The notes below the pieces were generated by a model. It saw nothing but the letters and a program-made list of their open reading frames with translations, made no database searches and had not been told where the DNA came from. Source: Minisyncoccota bacterium (GTDB lineage: Bacteria > Patescibacteriota > Minisyncoccia > Phycocordibacterales > UBA12445). Taken from it: 30,483 bases of DNA. Where the stretch lies: assembly GCA_041660145.1 (NCBI GenBank), contig JBAZWX010000001.1, forward strand, positions 1,662 to 32,144, read 5' to 3'. Every line of letters starts with the position of its first letter. The first letter of the stretch is position 1. Positions 23,945 through 30,483 of the stretch are shown one piece after another. A program made the position numbers and the translations under genes.

Positions 23945-25147
23945 TTACCTGGCTAGCTTTTTAACGGCGGCAGCGACTGCCTTGGCTACTCCTTTTTCGA
24001 AAGGCCCAGGAATTATTTTGTTTCTGGTTGGTTTTTTAACCAAAGCCGCTATCGCTTTGGCGGCCGTAAGTTCCATGGCCTCTGTTATCTCTTTAGCTCT
24101 GGCATCTAAAGCCCCTCTAAATAGTCCGGGAAATGCGAGTACGTTGTTTATTTGATTTGGAAAGTCGCTTCGTCCGGAGGCGGCCACCTCTGCTCCTGCT
24201 GCAAGTGCGAGCGGCGGCAGAATTTCTGGTGTCGGATTTGCCATGGCAAAGATTATAGGTTTTTTATTCATTGATTTGATCATTTTTTCTGTGACCAAAT
24301 TTCCTTTTGATACTCCGACAAAAATGTCTGCTCCGATCATTGCGTTTTCGAGTGTGCCGTCTTGATTTGCGGCGGTGCTTCTACTTATTATGTCCAGTTT
24401 ATATTTGTTTATATCTTTTCTTCCTCTAGAAATTATTCCTTTACTGTCCAGAAGGACCAAATTTTTAATGCCATATGAGAGGAGTATTTTAGAAACAGCG
24501 ATCCCAGCTGCTCCGGCCCCATTGATAACCACCTTAACATTGGCTGCTTTTTTGCCAACTACTTTTAGCGCGTTGATAAGTCCAGCCAAAACTACTATGG
24601 CTGTACCATGCTGATCGTCGTGAAGAACCGGGATATCTAATTCGTTTTTTAATCTTTCCTCGATCTCAAAACATCTAGGCGCGGAAATATCTTCTAGGTT
24701 TATCCCTCCAAAAGACGGCGAGATATTTTTAACAGTTTTGATTATCTCTTCAGTATCTTTTGTTGCTAAACAAATTGGTATTGCGTCGACTCCACCAAAC
24801 TCCTTAAATAAAATTGCCTTACCCTCCATAACGGGGATGGCCCCGAGCGGGCCAATGTCTCCGAGACCCAAAACGGCAGTGCCGTCACTGACGACAGCTA
24901 TAGTGTTCCACTTTGACGTTAGATCGTAAGCCAGACGTCCATCTTTTGCGATTGCCTCAGACACTTTGGCAACACCGGGTGTGTAGGCAAGAGATAAGTC
25001 GTGTCTATTTTTTACTGGCACTTTAGATTTTATTTCGATTTTACCCCTGGCCTTTTTGTGCAGGGCGATAGAGTCGTTTGTTGGCTTGGCTAGTTTCTTT
25101 TCATTTTGCCGCTTGCCGCGGCCCTTGTTAAAGCGAGAGGTAAACAT
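23945..25147 (-). CDS. NAD(P)-dependent malic enzyme (short bacterial type)
   Basis: LSLAYTPGVA, VSDGTAVLGLGDIG, MEGKA.LFK, INLEDISAPRCF, HDDQHGTA, NGAGAAG, AMANP, GRSDFPNQINNVLAFPG. Confidence 0.95.
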   Translation of the reverse strand: MFTSRFNKGRGKRQNEKKLAKPTNDSIALHKKARGKIEIKSKVPVKNRHDLSLAYTPGVAKVSEAIAKDGRLAYDLTSKWNTIAVVSDGTAVLGLGDIGPLGAIPVMEGKAILFKEFGGVDAIPICLATKDTEEIIKTVKNISPSFGGINLEDISAPRCFEIEERLKNELDIPVLHDDQHGTAIVVLAGLINALKVVGKKAANVKVVINGAGAAGIAVSKILLSYGIKNLVLLDSKGIISRGRKDINKYKLDIISRSTAANQDGTLENAMIGADIFVGVSKGNLVTEKMIKSMNKKPIIFAMANPTPEILPPLALAAGAEVAASGRSDFPNQINNVLAFPGLFRGALDARAKEITEAMELTAAKAIAALVKKPTRNKIIPGPFEKGVAKAVAAAVKKLAR

Positions 25148-26631
25148 GTTTTAAATTGTATCTTATTGTTGAGAGACGTTCTAGTTAACTCTGTTTTTGT
25201 CTTAAAAGACACTCTAGAGTTTGATGTTTTTGCATCTTTTGTCATTGAGAGATAGATGTTTGACAAAAGTTGGTTTGTAAATTCATGGTGTTTTAGTTCT
25301 GAGTCGTCGTCTTTGTTATTTATGAAGTTAAGGAGTGTGGTTTCGCGGGCTTTTTCGTTGTGACCAAGATAATAGGTGTCTTTTTTATTTTTCTTGTTTA
25401 TCGTTTTTCCCAGACTTATTTTTGTAAAAGCCTGGCCGCCGACGATGTTTGTGTTTCTAAAAATATAAATGTCGAAATGATCTTTTCCTCCGATTTCTCC
25501 ACTTGCGATGTTTTGTTCGTTTGTTTTTGTCGACTCGTAAGATTGATATGAGTGTACTTGAATATTTAGGAGGTGTGATACTTGGATGTTTACCCTTTCA
25601 TGGCGTACTCGGCCGTTTCCTTTGTATGTATCTTCCGGCAGATCAAACCATCCTCGTCTGGAAAAAGAATTTTGTTGAAGATTTAAGGAGGCGGTGGTGA
25701 CGACTCGTCCTTCCTTTTTAAATTGCATAAGAGCGTAAGCATCTAGTTCGCCAAAATGATCAAATTTTTTTGGATCATAAGATTGGAAAAAATTCTCAGT
25801 TTCTTCTCGTCCGAAAAAATTTCTGTAATTTTCTTTTTGTATCTGATGGAAAAAGTCGTTTGGGGCAAAACGGGCAGTATATAAATTCACCGAATCTGGG
25901 CCGGTGCCGCTGTGGGCGGTGTTTATTTTTGATATCCAAGCGAGGAGGTCTACGAAGTGATATCCCGAATGCATAAGTTTCCCGTACCCATATTTGTAAG
26001 GATGATTTTCTTTGTCGAATTCGTGAGGAAGATTCCATGCGCCATCAGCGTGGTTAATATCTACGTAAGAAATTGGTACTTTGTGCTCGGCCAGGAATTT
26101 TTCCAAATAGCTTTTTATAAAATTGTAACCCTCATGACTTCTTCTTTGACAGACGACATAAAACTTTGATTGGGACGCATCAAGGGCGTTTTTCAAATCC
26201 GTGTAGTCTTTATATATTTTTTTGGCGGCGCTTGTTTTAGTGGCAAGACCAACCGGGGCGGTTATGGGTTTATCCATTAAAATGTTTATGTTATTTTTTA
26301 TCGCCCAAATAGCATAAGCCTTGTGCGCTTTCGGTTCGGTAGAAATTATAATGCCATCTATTTTGCAGTTTTTTACTAGATTGTTTAGCTCTTTTTTAGC
26401 CGCGATGTCTATTGTTTTGCCCATCCTGTTTTTGACCGAATCTTCTATGAACAAAATTTTTTCTGGCTTAATATTTTTGCCACTTATGTATTTTGTTATT
26501 TTTTCTTCTTGGCTTTTTAGATCTATTATCAATTTTAAATTTATCTTGTGCGTTGTTTGGTGCTTCTCTAAAAACGGATAATATATTCTTTTCGCATGTG
26601 GGCCAAGTCCTACTAATATATAATTTTTCAT
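25090..26631 (-). CDS. Gfo/Idh/MocA-family NAD(P)-dependent oxidoreductase
   Basis: Rossmann ILVGLGPHA, DGIIISTEP..H, LMDKP, QRR, HSGYHFVD motifs; the C-terminal tail overlaps the malic enzyme start. Confidence 0.8.
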   Translation of the reverse strand: MKNYILVGLGPHAKRIYYPFLEKHQTTHKINLKLIIDLKSQEEKITKYISGKNIKPEKILFIEDSVKNRMGKTIDIAAKKELNNLVKNCKIDGIIISTEPKAHKAYAIWAIKNNINILMDKPITAPVGLATKTSAAKKIYKDYTDLKNALDASQSKFYVVCQRRSHEGYNFIKSYLEKFLAEHKVPISYVDINHADGAWNLPHEFDKENHPYKYGYGKLMHSGYHFVDLLAWISKINTAHSGTGPDSVNLYTARFAPNDFFHQIQKENYRNFFGREETENFFQSYDPKKFDHFGELDAYALMQFKKEGRVVTTASLNLQQNSFSRRGWFDLPEDTYKGNGRVRHERVNIQVSHLLNIQVHSYQSYESTKTNEQNIASGEIGGKDHFDIYIFRNTNIVGGQAFTKISLGKTINKKNKKDTYYLGHNEKARETTLLNFINNKDDDSELKHHEFTNQLLSNIYLSMTKDAKTSNSRVSFKTKTELTRTSLNNKIQFKTCLPLALTRAAASGKMKRN

Positions 26632-26708
26632 AACTATATTTAGTCTACTTTTGTGGTCGGCTTTTCCGAGACATTTTGTCCAAAAAGATGACAACATTTT
26701 TTGGAGCG

Positions 26709-26731
26709 AAAAAGGCCGCGTAAACGCGGCC
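26709..26731 (-). terminator. Intrinsic terminator
   Basis: Minus strand GGCCGCG-TTTA-CGCGGCC followed by TTTTT. Confidence 0.7.
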
Positions 26732-26761
26732 GAAAGCGGGGTACAACTCTTATGTCTTAGG

Positions 26762-27292
26762 CTACCATCGGAGCATCGTAGCTGCTGTGATATTCATGCT
26801 GGCGGGAAGATCGATAATGTCGATTCCAAACTCGGCAGCCTTTTTTCTTTCCCAGGCTGTTCCAAAAGATCCTTGCCAGTTTGGAACAAAGAGCACTTTC
26901 TGAAGGATTCTGTTTTCGAACAATGGCAGGAAAAAACCGTTCAGGAGCTGTTCGCCCATGTCTGGCAATTTTCCCTCACGGTGGAGTCTTACTATCGCCG
27001 AGTGAAAGTTAAGCTGATTGAAAATTGGCAGACCCTTTGACTCAAGACAATTGACCCACTCATTGATTGTGCGGATGTTTTCCGTAACGTTACCCGAACC
27101 TCCAGATGTGATTGGTCCGCAGACCTGGCCTAGTGGTTGCCGCATTCGTCTGGCGATAACAACTCCAAGTTGACCAAGTTCTTCAATGGTTTGTACGCTG
27201 TAGTAGGTTACCACATCCCTTGGTGTCCAAAGCATTCTGTCAAACGTAGGTGTAAACGGCTTGCTGGGATCGTGTCTTTGCCCTGGAATCAT
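26762..27292 (-). CDS. Nucleoside 2-deoxyribosyltransferase-fold protein (DUF4406/DUF1937-like)
   Basis: CGPIT.GG...N, G.PIFNQ, F.PNW..S.GT.WE...A..FG pattern with conserved Glu; GGAGG SD. Confidence 0.65.
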   Translation of the reverse strand: MIPGQRHDPSKPFTPTFDRMLWTPRDVVTYYSVQTIEELGQLGVVIARRMRQPLGQVCGPITSGGSGNVTENIRTINEWVNCLESKGLPIFNQLNFHSAIVRLHREGKLPDMGEQLLNGFFLPLFENRILQKVLFVPNWQGSFGTAWERKKAAEFGIDIIDLPASMNITAATMLRW

Positions 27293-27479
27293 TTTTCCCT
27301 CCGTGGCGTCTTTTCGCCCTAGTGCTAGTGTTCTATAATATCTTACTTATATATTTATTTCTGGCAAGTGGCCTGTATATTGTTTGTAAAATTGCCCCAT
27401 AGCAACATGTAAGTTATTATGACAGTGAGATAGATCTAGTAATATAACTTTTTATAAAAATAGACCTAAAAATATAGAC

Positions 27480-27839
27480 ATGAGTTACGAAGAAAAAGCG
27501 CAGGTAAATCCCAAAGAGCCAGTTGCGTCCGCGGTAGGCACCGTTGATAACGTCGAAGGACAAAAAGGGAACAAATTATCGAAGAGTGAAGAGAGAATGT
27601 GTAATCGCATAATCGAGGAGATACAGAGTGTTGGATTAGAGCATATCAAGAAAGAAGTCTCTAGCGGCGGCGGGGTATATATCATAAAGGCTTCATCTGG
27701 CATGCTTAGAATCGGATATGATAAGACAGGCGATGCACTGTTTTTAATTGGTTTTGATGGTCCAGACGATAAGCCGCTGGCACGTTTTATCGGAGATAGG
27801 GTTGGGATAAAATCCTTGCGTGGAGGAATTTACAAATAG
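27480..27839 (+). CDS. Hypothetical protein (119 aa)
   Basis: Fills the gap between divergent and convergent neighbours; protein-like composition. Confidence 0.65.
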   Translation: MSYEEKAQVNPKEPVASAVGTVDNVEGQKGNKLSKSEERMCNRIIEEIQSVGLEHIKKEVSSGGGVYIIKASSGMLRIGYDKTGDALFLIGFDGPDDKPLARFIGDRVGIKSLRGGIYK

Positions 27840-27842
27840 AGT

Positions 27843-28553
27843 CTAAAAAGTCTCTCGGGATTTTTTGCTGCCATTGCCTAAATGTTTTTTCAGGAGAATT
27901 ATTGTTGTCCATACTAAAAATATGGCTATGACATATTTCACACCCATAATTTTCAGCGCAGATTCACCTAGGGTATAGACTAATGTCCCCCAAAACGTGT
28001 TCCACAGAATAATTCCTCCCGCAGAGTATAAGGAGAATCTTTTTATAGGAACTTGTAGTATGCCGGCGGCGGTGGCCGTAAGGGACGCGAGGTTTGGTTC
28101 CCAGTAACTGAAAAATATTGCATTCAACCCTTGCCTAACGATTGCTTCTTTCGATTTTTCTATGGAACCTGCGAGTCCAAACTTAACCAATAATTTATAC
28201 CAACCATATTTCCCGAGCAAAAAATTTAGAGTATAGGCAATAAAGAATGCCACACTTACAACAAGAACCACCCAGGTTGCCAAAAGTTTGTTGTTCCCAG
28301 CTGAAATTACTCCGAGAAAGATTATAAAACCCCCAGGAAAATATTGACCAACCAAAAGAAAACCTTCGATAAGGGCACCGACGAACACTATCCATAAGCC
28401 GTATTGGGTGAACCACCCTTTTACTATTGGGAGTAGTTGTTCATCTGAGGGTAGATCAAGAATTTTCCAAACCACATACACGAACAAATAGATACCCATG
28501 AGTATCAATGGGACCGATAGAAGTTTTATGTTTTCTTTTATATTGTTGTTCAA
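27843..28553 (-). CDS. DedA-family membrane protein
   Basis: VF.GA.IEG...VG.YFPG, NFLLGKYG and re-entrant helix pattern. Confidence 0.8.
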   Translation of the reverse strand: MNNNIKENIKLLSVPLILMGIYLFVYVVWKILDLPSDEQLLPIVKGWFTQYGLWIVFVGALIEGFLLVGQYFPGGFIIFLGVISAGNNKLLATWVVLVVSVAFFIAYTLNFLLGKYGWYKLLVKFGLAGSIEKSKEAIVRQGLNAIFFSYWEPNLASLTATAAGILQVPIKRFSLYSAGGIILWNTFWGTLVYTLGESALKIMGVKYVIAIFLVWTTIILLKKHLGNGSKKSRETF

Positions 28554-28556
28554 ATC

Positions 28557-28967
28557 CTATTTGCTAGACAAATCTCCCAAATAATAGTTGTTTAGTATAT
28601 TCCACGCTTTTTGAGAATGTGTTGATTCAAAAGTTTGTGTCACGTCTTGTCCGCAGTAGGGGGTTATGGCGTCTGACCCAGCTGGATGCAAATCAGCATT
28701 TAAATATTTTGTAACGTCGTAAACTTTTCCTCCTACAATTAGCCAACAATCGGAGGCATTAGAGTGCTTAGACACTTCATTTGCTAAAAAAGTTTTTGTA
28801 TTTTCTGTGTTTTTTTGGCTGGATTCCACTTTTTGTTTTGCTGGGGTGTTGTTTATATTTTGTGAAGGGGAAGAGAGGGATTGTTTGTTGTTTAAAGCGC
28901 CAGAAACTAAAATTGTTATTACCACAACGAAGAAAATTATAAGTGCGACGAATACTGCTTTTTTCAT
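28557..28967 (-). CDS. Membrane-anchored cytochrome b5-like heme-binding protein
   Basis: N-terminal signal anchor; EVSKH...DCW.IV.GKVYDVT, HPAG (HPGG-like), second His in ESTHS. Confidence 0.88.
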   Translation of the reverse strand: MKKAVFVALIIFFVVVITILVSGALNNKQSLSSPSQNINNTPAKQKVESSQKNTENTKTFLANEVSKHSNASDCWLIVGGKVYDVTKYLNADLHPAGSDAITPYCGQDVTQTFESTHSQKAWNILNNYYLGDLSSK

Positions 28968-28984
28968 ATTTTTAATTTTGTTTC

Positions 28985-30286
28985 TTAAAATTGGAATTCT
29001 TCAGAATGTATATTTGCATTTGGTATACCTGAATCGAGAAGTTGTGTCTTGAGACTTTGCATCATGGACGATGGTCCACAAATAAAAATGTCTTTGTTTG
29101 TTATACCATTTGCGGCGTTTCTTATTCTGTCAGACGTTATGTACCCTTGTTCTTTTGAATATTGCGTAATAACATTAAAGTTTTTATTTTGAGTGGAAAT
29201 ATTTACCAGCTCACTTAGGAAAACTGCTTCACTTGCGTTTTGGACACAGTAGAAAAGGTGTACAACATTTTTAAAGCCACTTTTTTCACGACTTCTCGCC
29301 ATACTAAGAAAAGGTGTTACTCCTATGCCACCAGCGACCCAGATTTCGTCTCTATTGTCTTGGCTGAAGAATTTTCCGAAAGCCCCCTCTATTTTTACGA
29401 GGGTGCCTTTTTTAAGTTTTTTCAATTTGGCCGTAAAATCGCCGAGATTTTTTACATCTATTTTTATATTTTGATTGGCAGATGATGATGAAATGGAAAA
29501 CGGGTGTATTTCGGAACCGATTTCTTCATCTTGAAAACCTACAAAGATGAATTGTCCAGGCAAGAACGCTAGTTGCTTATTCTTTGGAGTCATCTCTATT
29601 TCTATAATGTCTTGGCCAAGGTCTTTTACCCCAGAAATGGCATACTCATATTTTTTTATCAGGAAAAATCCAAGGATTGTTCTGTATACATAGACGACAA
29701 TTCCAAGCCCGACCAAAGACAGAACGTAAATTTTTAGAGGGAGAAATCTGGATATGTCGCTAGGAATCAAAAGACCATGTATTCCTGCCAGAAAAAGTGC
29801 CACTCCAAGAAATTTGTGGGTCGTTTTCCATATTTCATAGGGAAGTTCGGCGAAGAAAGTGATGGTCAATAAAATTAACAAAAACGCGAGAGAGAAAATC
29901 CCGAAATTTATTGACAAGTTTGAACCAGGAAGTAAAAACAACGCAGCGCTTGTCGAAGAAATAAGAAAATATTTCCCGGCCAGAAATAGAGGATGGAAAA
30001 GCATCAGGATAAAAGCCAATCCACCAAGCATGTGGTGTGCAAAATATATTTTATTTAGACCGCCGAAATAGTTTTCCATGAACTTAAACCTGCCACTTAA
30101 TATCATGACTATGGCGAACATTGAAATACCTACCAAACCTGTTATTTGTCCGAAACTTGTTAATGTGGTTGGTACGCTTGAGAATCTTACGCCAAGCGGT
30201 TTCACAAAAACCCACATTGTGATTGGTGCAGCCGAAAGAATAGAGATAACAATCCAGCCAAGGTTATTCTTTATTTTTGTGATCAT
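28985..30286 (-). CDS. Ferric reductase/NOX-like transmembrane flavocytochrome (TM bis-His + FNR domain)
   Basis: H-x13-H and H-x12-H pairs, PGQF, HPFSIS, AGGIGVTPF, ICGP, C-terminal EEF. Confidence 0.88.
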   Translation of the reverse strand: MITKIKNNLGWIVISILSAAPITMWVFVKPLGVRFSSVPTTLTSFGQITGLVGISMFAIVMILSGRFKFMENYFGGLNKIYFAHHMLGGLAFILMLFHPLFLAGKYFLISSTSAALFLLPGSNLSINFGIFSLAFLLILLTITFFAELPYEIWKTTHKFLGVALFLAGIHGLLIPSDISRFLPLKIYVLSLVGLGIVVYVYRTILGFFLIKKYEYAISGVKDLGQDIIEIEMTPKNKQLAFLPGQFIFVGFQDEEIGSEIHPFSISSSSANQNIKIDVKNLGDFTAKLKKLKKGTLVKIEGAFGKFFSQDNRDEIWVAGGIGVTPFLSMARSREKSGFKNVVHLFYCVQNASEAVFLSELVNISTQNKNFNVITQYSKEQGYITSDRIRNAANGITNKDIFICGPSSMMQSLKTQLLDSGIPNANIHSEEFQF

Positions 30287-30331
30287 GCCTAAATATTATA
30301 TAGGATAAATATATTTTTGGCTGTTGGCGTT

Positions 30332-30483
30332 TTACTTCGTGGTTCCACTTTGAAGCGCACTGAGCTGCGCAAAGTGTGATTTTTTGTCTCTTATCAATTT
30401 TTTATATGTTCCTTCTTCAAGCACTGACCCTTTGTCAAAAACTATTATCTGGTCGGTGTTTTTAAGAGTAGATATTCTGTGGG
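30332..30483 (-). CDS. ABC transporter ATP-binding protein, C-terminal fragment (gene enters from the right edge)
   Basis: Manual translation HRISTLKNTDQIIVFDKGSVLEEGTY..L, the H-loop/C-terminus of MsbA-type exporters. Confidence 0.85.
   Translation of the reverse strand, partial: HRISTLKNTDQIIVFDKGSVLEEGTYKKLIRDKKSHFAQLSALQSGTTK

Noticed and set aside
25090-27292. NDT-fold gene and Gfo oxidoreductase as one operon
   Set aside because: A clear intrinsic terminator (26709-26731, minus strand) lies between them.
1-30483. Alternative genetic code (TGA read as Gly/Trp)
   Set aside because: Conserved genes are full length under the standard code, and TGA ends several genes with coupled downstream starts (e.g. 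4716-4718, 5620-5622).
1-30483. Prophage, integron or IS element
   Set aside because: No integrase, transposase, capsid/terminase or attC-like motif recognised.

Overview
Intact bacterial chromosome segment (standard code; TGA is used as a stop) that looks like Patescibacteria/CPR, probably Parcubacteria. That assignment is inferred from gene content (Gmad2 Ig-like protein, many small orphan membrane genes), scarce Shine-Dalgarno sites on core genes, and short perfect intergenic palindromes. About 35 CDS are supportable. Housekeeping-type genes include ftsH, recG, rsmE, a DEAD-box helicase, malic enzyme, SPFH, MFS, DedA and a dcd-like gene, interleaved with orphan islets. There is one tRNA, an unusual tRNA-Ile(UAU), whose 3' 18 bp are duplicated 171 bp downstream around a structured GC-rich mini-insert. 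Best candidates for undescribed biology: (1) a translationally coupled pair of a stand-alone, substrate-site-altered IMP cyclohydrolase domain and a Cys-rich PP-loop ATP pyrophosphatase (possible modified-purine cassette); (2) the tRNA-Ile(UAU) and its 171-bp element; (3) a Kelch beta-propeller fused to a DD-carboxypeptidase; (4) a NOX/ferric reductase + exported cytochrome b5 + DedA operon; (5) a complete 41-aa acidic peptide transcription unit missed by the ORF track; (6) several long perfect palindromes and a MITE-like element. No CRISPR array, rRNA, integrase or transposase was found. All family assignments come from motif recognition by eye, not database searches.
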